Virus record (IMG/VR): IMGVR_UViG_3300005721_000046
DNA from: a virus
Strand: one strand, 5' to 3'
Length of the DNA: 64,000 nucleotides
In this document: in pieces, positions 46,309 through 55,845 of the stretch
How positions within the stretch are numbered: position 1 is the stretch's first letter
Layout of the letters: each line of letters starts with the position of its first letter
The notes under the pieces: model-generated
The model's database searches: none
Seen by the model: the letters and a program-made list of their open reading frames with translations, nothing else
Told to the model about the DNA's origin: nothing
Program-made: the position numbers and the translations under genes

Positions 46309-46707
46309 TCAGGCGTCTGATTGAAGATCGTATTCGTACAACTCGTCTGGATAATTCGATTCGATGAAGTCTCTTGCGCCGTTTTGATATGCGCCGATAA
46401 TCAAATCCTTTTTTTCTGCCTCAAGTCTAGCGTTCAAATTAATCAAACCGTTTATTGTTGCTTCTTTCTGCTGGCACAGCTCGTACATTTTCACCAGATA
46501 CTGCACCTTTTGGTCTTCGATCTTCTCGTGTTGATTCATAAGTTTTTTTACAAATTTAGCGGTTTGATATTTCTTGAAATTGAAAAAACCGAACACTTTT
46601 AAGTCTCCTGAGCTTAAGCTATAACAACTATTTGTTATAGCGTGACAAAAGCTGGACTTTGTTAGGCACGATTGAGTATCGAGCGTCCGGAATAACGATA
46701 CAAACAA
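46309..46707 (-). CDS. hypothetical protein
   Basis: 132 aa ORF. Confidence 0.35.
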   Translation of the reverse strand: MFVSLFRTLDTQSCLTKSSFCHAITNSCYSLSSGDLKVFGFFNFKKYQTAKFVKKLMNQHEKIEDQKVQYLVKMYELCQQKEATINGLINLNARLEAEKKDLIIGAYQNGARDFIESNYPDELYEYDLQSDA

Positions 46708-46787
46708 AAATCGCTTGCCGAAGAAAAATATTCATGGTAGAAAACAAATGCGACAGAATTCTCTTTCTGTTGTTTGTTTTACAAAAA

Positions 46788-47078
46788 TTAACCTTCCTTA
46801 ACTGGAAGGTTTTTTTTTGACTTCGTATTATATCGACCTTCAAGTTCAAATGCCGCTATTTCTGCAATCTGAATCCATGTGCAAGACGGCTTTTTCTCGT
46901 CAACAACGACCAGGAAATGTCGAGGATCGTCAAATACTGCCACTTTTCCTCGAATAGGCGCGGAATTGCCTTTCAGTGTAACGGCTACCGAGCAACCGAC
47001 AAGCTTCTTTTTGGTTGCAAATATATTAATGAACATCGGTGTCATTGTTTGTTTCCCTTTGTATACGCCATTTTTCAA
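46788..47078 (-). CDS. small protein with tentative Sm/Hfq-like fold
   Basis: 'VAVTLKGNSAPIRGKVAVFDDPRHFLVVVDE...IQIAEIAAFEL' resembles the Sm1/Sm2 pattern of Hfq. Weak call. Confidence 0.3.
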   Translation of the reverse strand: MKNGVYKGKQTMTPMFINIFATKKKLVGCSVAVTLKGNSAPIRGKVAVFDDPRHFLVVVDEKKPSCTWIQIAEIAAFELEGRYNTKSKKNLPVKEG

Positions 47079-47280
47079 ATGAAAGGTTCTCGTCTGCGTC
47101 GACTGATGATATGGATTTTTCGATTGCCGCGATCAGAGCGGATCTATCCAGTGTTGAATATTGATCGAAATTTTTGATTGGATTGGGTTGATCAGGAAAG
47201 CTTAAAGCGAACCGGCGACGCATTTCCGCAAGAAAACAAACTGCGGCGAATTCTAAGCGTAGGCGTGAAAGATTCTGCAT
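47026..47280 (-). CDS. hypothetical small protein
   Basis: 84 aa ORF. Confidence 0.3.
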   Translation of the reverse strand: MQNLSRLRLEFAAVCFLAEMRRRFALSFPDQPNPIKNFDQYSTLDRSALIAAIEKSISSVDADENLSFEKWRIQRETNNDTDVH

Positions 47281-47936
47281 AATTAATTAGTCACAATTTT
47301 ATTAGATGGCTAAAAAGCGCGTTGTTACAAGTGGTTAAGTTTTTATAGTTGAATTCAAAGTTGAAAATTGCGGGGTATTTCTTGTTCATTAAAAAAAATT
47401 TTATGGACTCTAACAAAATATTCGATCAGAAAGCGAGAACAAAACGGGAACAGCGGAAAGGGGCGGTTTATGATGCAGTACTCGGATACAAGGATTACGC
47501 GCGCGGCAACTATGCTACGCCGCGATTTAAAATTGACTGTTGGGCGAATATTTAAAGAAAATGGCATTCTTTTTAATGAAGAGGTGTTTTTGCAAAATAC
47601 GTCAATTGATTGGGAACAACTCGTTCAAGAAGCTTTTTGCTATGGAACGGATATAATTCCGCCTCCTGTACCTGTTAAAGAGACATTAGAAATCAATGTT
47701 CAAGTTGAGGTTTTAAACGTATAAAAGTTGTTTCGTGGTTAAAATGAGATTTATAGGCCAACGAATTGAGCAAAAAAGAAAGAAAGTTATTCGTTGACCT
47801 ATAGTTAATTATGAAATATGAAATAGAAAAATGAGTGTTTTGCGTCTGAATTATGTCTTTACGTCATATATTCTCCTTTTGTTTTTTCTTATAATATATT
47901 TATAGCAAAAATGAACTTGGAATGCTGTAGGTAAAT

Positions 47937-48983
47937 CTATATCGCCCAGACCCGATAACGTGATCGGCCAGTAATTTCTCTCAATTGCAACGTCTTTAAA
48001 ATCTTCAATACACCGGCCGGAGAAATATTCAGCGCGGCTGCCGCATTTGTGGTTGTAACGACCGGCGTTGCAATAGCATAATCAATAAAAGCCTTGGTTT
48101 TGGATCCCGCACGTATGTTTTCGGTGCGTTCTTGCAAGCGTTCATAACGGACTTTGATTTTATGAGCGTTACGAATGGCTTGCTCGCTTGAAAGCGCATA
48201 AGCGTCGATATAGGCTTTCAAACGCTTCAAACGATTATGATTTTTGCGGGTATTTAACGGTGTTTGTCTTAAACCCGTTGTTATAGAAGGCAGATAATCA
48301 AGCGATAAATCCACCCGAAGGGCAGTGTTTGCGTATTCAAAGCCAAGCCATGGTTTGTTCGGTATTGGATCGAGGTTAATCCAGGCGTCCAGAAGGATGG
48401 CCGAACGCAAGATTGGCGGTTCGTGCTGCGTTGATTTTATAACCTCTTGCCATTTTTCCCATATTTCATCCTGATTTTTTGGCTTCAGCAATTGCTTAAG
48501 TCGGTTAGGCTTGATTTCAAGTGTCTCCGGATTTTCAAGGATTTTGTTTGTACGCTCTAAGATGGCGTCTATATCTTCCAGCTCTCTTTCAAAATCATCA
48601 ATAGCGGTTTTATCACGTGAAGTTTCGTGAGTTGGCTGTTGTGTCAATTGGAATGAATCTGCTTCAAAGAGCCACTCGCGCTTCTTGGTCTCGATCAAAC
48701 GTCTGGCAGCCAGAATATCCATGGCATCGGCAATATCCTGATTAGAAATTGCAACGTCGGTGTTATATGCGTGGAGCACCAAGTCGTTCAATTCGATCAA
48801 GCCGCCTTGAAGATAGATTGAGGCAACGGCTGAAAAGAAATGTTCGCGACTGTTTAGTCCGTTTTTGAACGTGGATGCCTCGATGAGACCGTTGTAACGC
48901 ATGATTAGCTCGGTCGCTTTTATCAGCGGCTCAAGGAGTTCAGAACGGTCAACCGTAGACGATCTATAATCAATTGATTTCAT
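47937..48983 (-). CDS. hypothetical protein with C-terminal HTH, divergent from integrase
   Basis: 348 aa. C-terminal 'AAALNISPAGVLKILKTLQ' HTH-like. This is a common architecture next to tyrosine recombinases. Confidence 0.45.
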   Translation of the reverse strand: MKSIDYRSSTVDRSELLEPLIKATELIMRYNGLIEASTFKNGLNSREHFFSAVASIYLQGGLIELNDLVLHAYNTDVAISNQDIADAMDILAARRLIETKKREWLFEADSFQLTQQPTHETSRDKTAIDDFERELEDIDAILERTNKILENPETLEIKPNRLKQLLKPKNQDEIWEKWQEVIKSTQHEPPILRSAILLDAWINLDPIPNKPWLGFEYANTALRVDLSLDYLPSITTGLRQTPLNTRKNHNRLKRLKAYIDAYALSSEQAIRNAHKIKVRYERLQERTENIRAGSKTKAFIDYAIATPVVTTTNAAAALNISPAGVLKILKTLQLREITGRSRYRVWAI

Positions 48984-49001
48984 TTAAAAAAATATTTCAC
49001 A

Positions 49002-49028
49002 TTAAACTGAAAGCGGCGTTCAGTTTAA
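49002..49028. promoter_or_regulatory. 10-bp perfect inverted repeat TTAAACTGAA-N7-TTCAGTTTAA in the divergent int promoter region
   Basis: Seen directly. Confidence 0.45.
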
Positions 49029-49141
49029 TCACTACCGATAATAACGCAAGCAGTTTCTAACTAATGATAACTATCCCTTATCGTTAGTGTTGAATAAAAC
49101 CGCAAATCATCGTATGGAGAGATAACTTCAACGAGGATGTT

Positions 49142-50259
49142 ATGAGCGACTTAAATCCGCTTTATTCGGTATTGCCGACAAGACAGGTCGAAAACCTCGG
49201 CCATGAACTCAATAGCGAAGATGTTGCGACATTAAGCTACCTTGTTCAGCAAGGCATGGGCGCAAACACACTGCGCGCTTTGGCCGCCGATCTTGCTTAT
49301 ATCGAATGCTGGTGCAAGGCTGCCACCGGCCATGATCTCGATTGGCCGGCACCTGAGACGCTCATACTCAAATTTATCGCTCATCACCTTTATGATGTCG
49401 CAAGGCACGAAGTTGATAAAAGCCATGGCATGCCGGAAGAGGTTGCCTCGGCCATGATTAAAGCAGGCGTTCTTAAGCATGTCGGACCGCATGCACCTTC
49501 GACTGTCAAGCGCAGATTGTCGTCATGGGCGACATTGACACGATGGAAGGGTCTTGAAGGCGCATTTCAGTCGCCAAAGATAAAGAATGCTATTCGGCTG
49601 GCCGTTCGTGCAAGTGAGCGGCCGCGCCAACGTAAAAGCAAAAAGGCGATAACCATTGACGTATTAATCAAGCTTATTGCGACCTGCGGTCAAAGTCTGG
49701 TTGATATGCGTGACAAAGCAATTCTATTGGTAGCCTTCGCATCAGGTGGTCGACGGCGTTCCGAAATCGCAAGTCTCAGGATGAGCCAATTAACGAGAGA
49801 AGCCGACGTTTTAATCGACGCGCGGGATGCGGGGAAGGGGACTATGCCATGCGCTCGAATTAGGCTTGGGCGCACGAAAACCACGACAAATGATGAGGGC
49901 GATTATGCACTGATTATGGGCAGACCCGTCGTTGCTTTGTATCAATGGATTGAGGCTGCGCACATTGATAAAGGCGCAATTTTCAGGTCGATTGATAGAT
50001 GGGGGAATATCAACAATGTGTCGCTTACAGGCCAGTCGATTAATAATATGATTAAATCGCGCGTCAAAAAAGCCGGATTGGATCCTAACGACTTTTCAGC
50101 TCATGCTTTACGAGCAGGTTATCTCACTGAGGCCGCGCGAAAGGGATATCGCTTCCCGAAGCCATGCAGCAATCAGGCCATAAATCAATACAGCAGGCGG
50201 CACGTTATTATAATGACAGTGAGCGCAGATCAGGCTTAGCGGCGCGACTTATCGATTGA
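49142..50259 (+). pseudogene. int: tyrosine recombinase / phage integrase with +/-1 frameshift near the 3' end
   Basis: The main frame ends 'KGYRFPKPCSNQAINQYSRRHVIIMTVSADQA*' at 50239. The adjacent frame from about 50160 encodes the canonical catalytic tail 'AMQQSGHKSIQQAARYYNDSERRSGLAARLID*' (stop 50257-50259). A single-base indel near 'CCCGAAGCC' (50153-50161) would restore it. Confidence 0.75.
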
Positions 50260-50578
50260 TAGGTCTTGCTTGTTTTACGTGATAGACGGCGACGATGTGA
50301 ATGATTTGGTTGTCGTCAATCAGATAGCGTATTTCGTACCTTTTGCTGACGAGCATTCGCCTTACAGGTGTTTTAGTTTGAAGTCCTTTAACGACCGGAT
50401 GGCTTTCAGGAAAAAGTTTTAAATCTTCAACTGCATCTAAAAGCGCATCAACCAGTTGCTGCACTCTTATCTGACCTGAACCGGACGCTGATTTATCGGT
50501 GCGGATTATAAAATTGGTAATCTCATAAAGTTGGTGAAGAGCATACTCTTCCCATTGAATGGCTTTGATAACATGCAT
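50249..50578 (-). CDS. ParE/RelE-family toxin
   Basis: 109 aa. C-terminal 'RYEIRYLIDDNQIIHIVAVYHVKQ' is a ParE/RelE pattern. Preceded by a small partner gene. Confidence 0.6.
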   Translation of the reverse strand: MHVIKAIQWEEYALHQLYEITNFIIRTDKSASGSGQIRVQQLVDALLDAVEDLKLFPESHPVVKGLQTKTPVRRMLVSKRYEIRYLIDDNQIIHIVAVYHVKQARPINR

Positions 50579-50579
50579 A

Positions 50580-50786
50580 TTAAGAAATGGGATCTGGCCA
50601 AGAAAGAGGTTTATCTGTGAATTTGCTCATGATGAAGCGCCGAACATCTTCATGCCTATAGCTTTTGGCACCAGGTTTTTCCATTTCTTCCAGTGCCCTG
50701 AGCGTGTCAATGTCCATCTCAGCTTCGGTCCAACCTCGTTGAGTCATTTCTTTTAAGTCAGGTGTTTTAACGCTAGCGTGAGACAT
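50580..50786 (-). CDS. putative antitoxin partner
   Basis: 68 aa ORF directly upstream, separated from the toxin gene by one nucleotide. Confidence 0.45.
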   Translation of the reverse strand: MSHASVKTPDLKEMTQRGWTEAEMDIDTLRALEEMEKPGAKSYRHEDVRRFIMSKFTDKPLSWPDPIS

Positions 50787-50863
50787 CGATTACCTTCTCT
50801 AAGTGAATATATCTTAATATATATGAACACATTACAACGTGTCAAATGGTTGTGGTCGGGTTA

Positions 50864-51238
50864 TCATTTAGAGCTAAGACAAATCTCGCGAAGATCCGGG
50901 TCGTCAATCATGTAACAGTTACCTTCGCACGATGCGCGCTCGTCCGGGTCATCAATCATATAGCAAGAGCCTTTACCGGTTTTGCCGAGACACAATGCAC
51001 GTTCTTGCGGATCTTCGATATCATAACAAGAACCGGCTTTTGTTTGGCCAAGACATTGTTGTCGCATCTGTCGGTCATCGATTGCGTAGCAAGAATCCTT
51101 GCCCGATAAACCAAGACATAATGCGCGTTCTTGCGGATCGTTAATGTTGTAACAGTTACCGCCTGCTTGCGCTGTCGCGTTAAAAGCAAGGTTAATTAGA
51201 ACAAATGATATAATGACAGCGATATTTTTGATAAACAT
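50864..51238 (-). CDS. secreted cysteine-rich protein with five tandem ~21-aa repeats (CY-I-DP-ER-LCLG)
   Basis: Signal peptide 'MFIKNIAVIISFVLINLAFNATAQA'. Repeats are seen directly in the translation. Confidence 0.55.
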   Translation of the reverse strand: MFIKNIAVIISFVLINLAFNATAQAGGNCYNINDPQERALCLGLSGKDSCYAIDDRQMRQQCLGQTKAGSCYDIEDPQERALCLGKTGKGSCYMIDDPDERASCEGNCYMIDDPDLREICLSSK

Positions 51239-51548
51239 TTTACTCTACCATCATTAAAAAAGGCATCAAATGACGCCTTTTTTAATGTCTTTTGTTTCTT
51301 CGTGACTTTCATAACATGTTTATAGGAATAATCGACGGCATGTTTATAGGAAAAACCGACACGATTTTCAGTTTTTTGTTTGCCTTTTCTAAACAATTTG
51401 CATTGTCACAAATAAAAACAGTTTGTCGGTTATTATCATCTAAACTATCACAAAAACAAACTCTTGTGGCCGCTTGATAACAAAAACCGCAAATGTCTTT
51501 TCTATGGTTATTAAGCATTTGATAACCTTTTTGTTGCTTAAGATCGGA

Positions 51549-52406
51549 TTATTTTAGACTGACAAATGGCACAGAATTACCGGACATCATTGTACTTGGC
51601 AAAGCACCATTCCAACGTTCAGCCTTTGTAAGATCAATCAAGTCAGGATTGTTATGAAGTGCCTCACTTTTTGCCTTAATTGCATCTGCCGAAGCTTGGC
51701 CCTCGATGCGAATGGACTCGGCTTTGCTTTTTGCTGACGCCAATTGACTATCAGCTAGAGCTTGAGCGCGGGTTACGGTGATTTCGGCTTCAACTTTGGT
51801 ACGTTCGAGTTCTTGCTTTTTTGTTTGAACAGCCATTTCCGCCTGTGCGCGTTGTTCTGCGGCTTCTTCTACGGTCTTCGAGAAGGTAATGTTCTCAATC
51901 TGAACAGCCTCAATCTTAATCAAACCGTCACCGATATTAGAAATAGCTTTTGTAAGCTCGGTGTTTAATCGAGTACGTTCGCGTATGGCTGTATCGGCCG
52001 TAAAAGTACCAAAAACCGAAGCTATTTGTTCCTTTGCCGGTCTTAAAATCATTCGTGAGGCTAAACTATCAAGCGTACCGAAGTTGCGATAGATTTGTTC
52101 AACCTCTCCAGGTAGTGCAGAATAGTTAATCGAGAAAGTAACAGTCGCGGTTTGTCGGTCAGATGTATAAACCGGTACATCCTTAAAATCGCTGGTTTGA
52201 GTGCGAATTGAGATAATTTTGGCGTCGTCAATAAATGGCTTTTTCCAATAAATTCCCGGCGTTGACGTGCTGATGATTTTTGAATTCGACAAAATAACTG
52301 CCCGCTCTCCTTCGTCGACAACGTAAAACGAACCGCCAATGATGGATATTGCGATAACAAAAACAATAAAGCAGATTATTGCCGACACAATTTTAATAAT
52401 GGTCAT
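51549..52406 (-). CDS. SPFH/band-7 (HflK/C, prohibitin-like) domain membrane protein
   Basis: N-terminal TM followed by 'YVVDEGERAVILSNSKI' SPFH start motif. C-terminal coiled coil. Confidence 0.75.
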   Translation of the reverse strand: MTIIKIVSAIICFIVFVIAISIIGGSFYVVDEGERAVILSNSKIISTSTPGIYWKKPFIDDAKIISIRTQTSDFKDVPVYTSDRQTATVTFSINYSALPGEVEQIYRNFGTLDSLASRMILRPAKEQIASVFGTFTADTAIRERTRLNTELTKAISNIGDGLIKIEAVQIENITFSKTVEEAAEQRAQAEMAVQTKKQELERTKVEAEITVTRAQALADSQLASAKSKAESIRIEGQASADAIKAKSEALHNNPDLIDLTKAERWNGALPSTMMSGNSVPFVSLK

Positions 52407-52591
52407 TTATTTTGTTTTTTCCTTTTTTGGTTTTTTTGATCTCGGTATAATGCCCATTTGAAAGCTTGATAGGCGCCAATACCTATCAGACATCCCACGA
52501 CGAACCCGCCTATAAGTTTGTAAATCATATTGATTACCTTACAGTTTTGTGAAAATGATTGAGATTGATAAAATTCGTTGAGGTATGACAA
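52403..52591 (-). CDS. small membrane protein upstream of the SPFH gene
   Basis: 62 aa, one TM and a basic tail. 4-nt overlap. Confidence 0.35.
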   Translation of the reverse strand: MSYLNEFYQSQSFSQNCKVINMIYKLIGGFVVGCLIGIGAYQAFKWALYRDQKNQKRKKQNK

Positions 52592-52640
52592 TCTCGCTAT
52601 ATGTTATAGCGAGATTACTTTTTGACGCTTGCGGGTAATA

Positions 52641-53435
52641 TTAAGCAGCTTCTGCAACAGTTGCTGCAGGAGCTAACAAGTCACGCAACCGATTTGTGAT
52701 TGTATTGTTGGGCAGCAATGTCAGTGTTTGCCCAGAACGATTAGCGATTTTGACGCACGAAAGAAGCGTCATCATCTGCCCTGTTTGCGAACGCGCTGTA
52801 CCTTCGCGTAGACCAGCGTCTTGATACATCTTCACAACTTCGCCGTTAGTCGCTTCGCCTTTTTCTAACAGATAAGCAAACGCCATTTTAGTGTACCGAG
52901 AAGGTTCGCGACCGGCGGCGAGCGAGATAAACAGATTATCGAATTTTTCACCAATTTTTGTCTGCAAAGGCCTAAGCTTAATCACTTCATCCTTGATAGC
53001 ATCCAAGCGTGACTGGTCCAATTTAGAAGGATCTTCTTCGAGAACAAAAAATTCAGCCGGAACTGACGCCAAAGAGTGAACAGAACGTCCGCCTTTTCTC
53101 GTTGAAGACAATTTCTGTTTCTTTTTACTCTTATCGGTCACAGCAGCCGTCACTTCAGAGACCGCTATAGGCGTCACAACCGGCTGTTCTTCGTAAATTT
53201 TTTCTTTCTCGATAGTTGCTTCAATGAGGTTGAGTTCTTCGGATGTAGGCGTTTCAACATTGCTGTCGACAGTGATATTAAGATCAGTAATTTCAGACTG
53301 ATCATTTTGATCACTATCATCGACAACCTCGTCAACCGACTCTTCTTCGCCAATAATATCGTCAAATTCACTCAATGCCTGTTCAAGCGAAACTTCTGTT
53401 TCGTTTGAGGCTTCTGTAATTTCATGTGCACTCAT
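52641..53435 (-). CDS. hypothetical protein with strongly acidic N-terminal half
   Basis: D/E-rich first roughly 90 aa. Confidence 0.4.
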   Translation of the reverse strand: MSAHEITEASNETEVSLEQALSEFDDIIGEEESVDEVVDDSDQNDQSEITDLNITVDSNVETPTSEELNLIEATIEKEKIYEEQPVVTPIAVSEVTAAVTDKSKKKQKLSSTRKGGRSVHSLASVPAEFFVLEEDPSKLDQSRLDAIKDEVIKLRPLQTKIGEKFDNLFISLAAGREPSRYTKMAFAYLLEKGEATNGEVVKMYQDAGLREGTARSQTGQMMTLLSCVKIANRSGQTLTLLPNNTITNRLRDLLAPAATVAEAA

Positions 53436-53511
53436 TTTAGTAGTCCTTCTACTCGATTAGTTTAGTATAGATTGATCATAGAAGTTTTGCGTGTGGAGTG
53501 CGGCAGGTAAA

Positions 53512-54066
53512 TCAAGCTGCTTTTTGTTTACCTGTGGTGTCAGGAAGCTTGTAAAAACCCCATGTTGAGGCTTTGAAGAAGCACTTCATCATTACCTCAA
53601 CATCATAATAGGCGGCGTGTGCTTTGCTTTGATCATAATCAACGCCGCAAGCAAACGCTAATTCGCCCAAGCGCGGCTTTTTCCCGTCAGAAGTCGCCCA
53701 AACACCCTCAAGCATCGTGTCAACAGAAGGCTTCTTAGGCATTATAAGGCCAACTCGCTTTAATTCCTTGGCAATAAAGGGAAGATCAAATTCGTTTCCG
53801 TTATGAGCTATTAACAAATCCGCGCGTGACAAGATTTTTTGCACCATTGGCGCGACCGCTTTCCATTTGGGTTGACCAAATAGATCATTAATCGATATCC
53901 CGTGAACGCGCTGTGAGTCAGCAGATATACCTCTTTCCGGATCAATTCGCTGCTCATATTGCCATATGCGTTTTTCGTCTTTCCATAGACCGACATAAAT
54001 TTCAATAATGCGATGATCGGGCGTTAAAAGACCTGTGGTTTCAATATCAAGTCCGGCGATAATCAT
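53512..54066 (-). CDS. DnaQ-like 3'-5' exonuclease (DEDDh)
   Basis: Exo I 'LDIETTG', Exo II 'AHNGNEFDLPF', Exo III 'HAAYYDVEV'. Confidence 0.8.
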   Translation of the reverse strand: MIIAGLDIETTGLLTPDHRIIEIYVGLWKDEKRIWQYEQRIDPERGISADSQRVHGISINDLFGQPKWKAVAPMVQKILSRADLLIAHNGNEFDLPFIAKELKRVGLIMPKKPSVDTMLEGVWATSDGKKPRLGELAFACGVDYDQSKAHAAYYDVEVMMKCFFKASTWGFYKLPDTTGKQKAA

Positions 54067-54362
54067 ATCGTTTTCTCAATCTTCCTAATGCCAAAAATGT
54101 TCTCAACCGTCGTAATAGCCTCGTCTTTTGTTGAAGTGCGCGCGATAGGATAAAGCGTTAGAGGTGGCATTTGGCGCAGTGAAATGCTCCAACCGTTTTC
54201 ATCGTTACCAACGACATGAGCAACATCTCGATCATTCATGGTTAAAACGCATAATGTTACGCCAAGAGACGGATTTTTGACGCGTTCATTAAAGTCGGCG
54301 TTAGTAAGAAACTGCTCTGTCCATTGAGCCATTGTCGTGTCCTTTATAATAAATGACGCCAT
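54063..54362 (-). CDS. hypothetical protein
   Basis: 99 aa ORF. Confidence 0.35.
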   Translation of the reverse strand: MASFIIKDTTMAQWTEQFLTNADFNERVKNPSLGVTLCVLTMNDRDVAHVVGNDENGWSISLRQMPPLTLYPIARTSTKDEAITTVENIFGIRKIEKTI

Positions 54363-54877
54363 GTCTTGTTGTTGACGATGGCGAAGATTGTTGAGCGGCT
54401 TACATTGTATTTTGATGCCAGAAACGCGGCGCTTTCTTTGCTGTGGCGAATTTCACACACGTCGTTCGCGGTAAGTTTCGCGTTTGCGTTTGCGCTGCCG
54501 CGACCTGTTTTCAGACCGGTTCTATGCGCATGTCGTTCGTTTTCTGAGCCGCTTGCCCATTCAAGATTAGAGACGGCATTGTTTTGTTTGTTGCCATCGA
54601 TGTGATTAACTTGCGGCAAATTATGCGGATTCGGCAGAAAACGTAACGCGACAACTCTGTTTACCAAGACTGATTTTGTAATGCCGCGCCAGGTTAGATT
54701 GAAATAAACACGGCCGGTGGACTTATGTGTTCGCGGCTTAACAACTGACCACGTGTTTGACATAAGTTCACCGGCGTACGACGCACGCGAGCAACGGCGA
54801 ATGGTTCCGTCACTCGTCACGATCAAATAACGCTTAACCAGGGCGTCTTTAATCCATGCGTCTTTGTTGAAGGTCAT
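54344..54877 (-). CDS. HNH endonuclease
   Basis: 'NHIDGNKQNNAVSNLEWASGSENERHAHR' HNH_3 motif. Confidence 0.7.
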   Translation of the reverse strand: MTFNKDAWIKDALVKRYLIVTSDGTIRRCSRASYAGELMSNTWSVVKPRTHKSTGRVYFNLTWRGITKSVLVNRVVALRFLPNPHNLPQVNHIDGNKQNNAVSNLEWASGSENERHAHRTGLKTGRGSANANAKLTANDVCEIRHSKESAAFLASKYNVSRSTIFAIVNNKTWRHLL

Positions 54878-55113
54878 TCGGGTTTTCCGGCCGAAGAGGA
54901 AATACCGTTACGAATATCGGCGTGAATGTCTGCGAGCAGACTAGATAATCCGTCGTCAACGATGCCGGATGTCGTGTCGTACAAAACATTAACAACGAGA
55001 AAATACTCTCTTTTGCTAATTTTTTTCGCGTTATAAGCCGCAGTCCATTTGTCTAATTGATCTGCAGCTTTACGCGAAAGTTCCTCCATATGACTCGGCC
55101 ATTCGTCGATCAT
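54874..55113 (-). CDS. hypothetical small protein
   Basis: Start trimmed to Met 55113 (GGAG SD) because the promoter-like element copy 6 lies inside the longer ORF. Confidence 0.35.
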   Translation of the reverse strand: MIDEWPSHMEELSRKAADQLDKWTAAYNAKKISKREYFLVVNVLYDTTSGIVDDGLSSLLADIHADIRNGISSSAGKPE

Positions 55114-55140
55114 TTTGTTCTCCGTGTTGTTGTGTGCTTT

Positions 55141-55195
55141 AGCTATTATAACTTGTAACAACTCGGAAAAATGACGGGATGTAATGGCATTAAGC
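55141..55195 (-). promoter_or_regulatory. repeated promoter-like element copy 6
   Basis: Minus-strand TATAAT at 55145-55150, N11, then CTCGGAAAAATGACGGGAT. Confidence 0.5.
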
Positions 55196-55208
55196 GCTTT
55201 GCGCTAGC

Positions 55209-55823
55209 TTAAGAGTTTATTTGAGTTTTATAGGTGTCAAGAAACAGGTCGCGGGCGCGTGTCGGCTCAAGCATTTCAATGATATAAGGCGCAATACGTT
55301 TGTCGTTATACATTTTGCCGATTTCCCAATCTTCACTACTCTTCATGACAATAATTTGGCTCGCCTCGGCCGCACAAACCGCATCATCGGCTATTTTTAT
55401 CTCTTCGGGAAATGGCAACGTTAAATTAAAACGTTCGGCAATTGCGCGCTCGTTTATTTCTTCAATTCGTTTAAAAGGCTCGAAAAAAGCCGTTGAGTAT
55501 TTTAGCGGTCGAATAAGATCTGACACGTAGGCTTCGGCCGCATCGTGGAGTAGGGCGTATAGGCCTAAATCCGGTCTACCCAGTTCTTCGCAAACATAAC
55601 GCCAGACATATACAGAATGCTCGGCGACCGAATAAAATATTTGATCAAATCTGGAGTCTTCTTTTGACCGTCTAAGCGTAGCGCCGTTCCAACGACCAAT
55701 CGTTGCGAGATGATGAGCGATTGTATAAATGTGAACGTCTTGTGGTTTGGGCGCAAATGGATAATATTTACTACCCATAGCGGTGTGCATGTATATTTTT
55801 TCAAGCTCTGTTGTGTTCATCAA
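55209..55823 (-). CDS. HD-domain phosphohydrolase (YfbR-like 5'-deoxynucleotidase family)
   Basis: 'VAEHS...ALLHDAAEAYVSDL' H/HD/D metal motifs. Confidence 0.6.
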   Translation of the reverse strand: MMNTTELEKIYMHTAMGSKYYPFAPKPQDVHIYTIAHHLATIGRWNGATLRRSKEDSRFDQIFYSVAEHSVYVWRYVCEELGRPDLGLYALLHDAAEAYVSDLIRPLKYSTAFFEPFKRIEEINERAIAERFNLTLPFPEEIKIADDAVCAAEASQIIVMKSSEDWEIGKMYNDKRIAPYIIEMLEPTRARDLFLDTYKTQINS

Positions 55824-55845
55824 AATTCATTCTTGTTGTTTGAGA

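Noticed and set aside
47349-47724. Overlapping plus-strand ORFs 47349-47555 and 47368-47724
   Set aside because: Two mutually exclusive frames in an AT-rich region with no motif support. Not possible to decide which, if either, is real.
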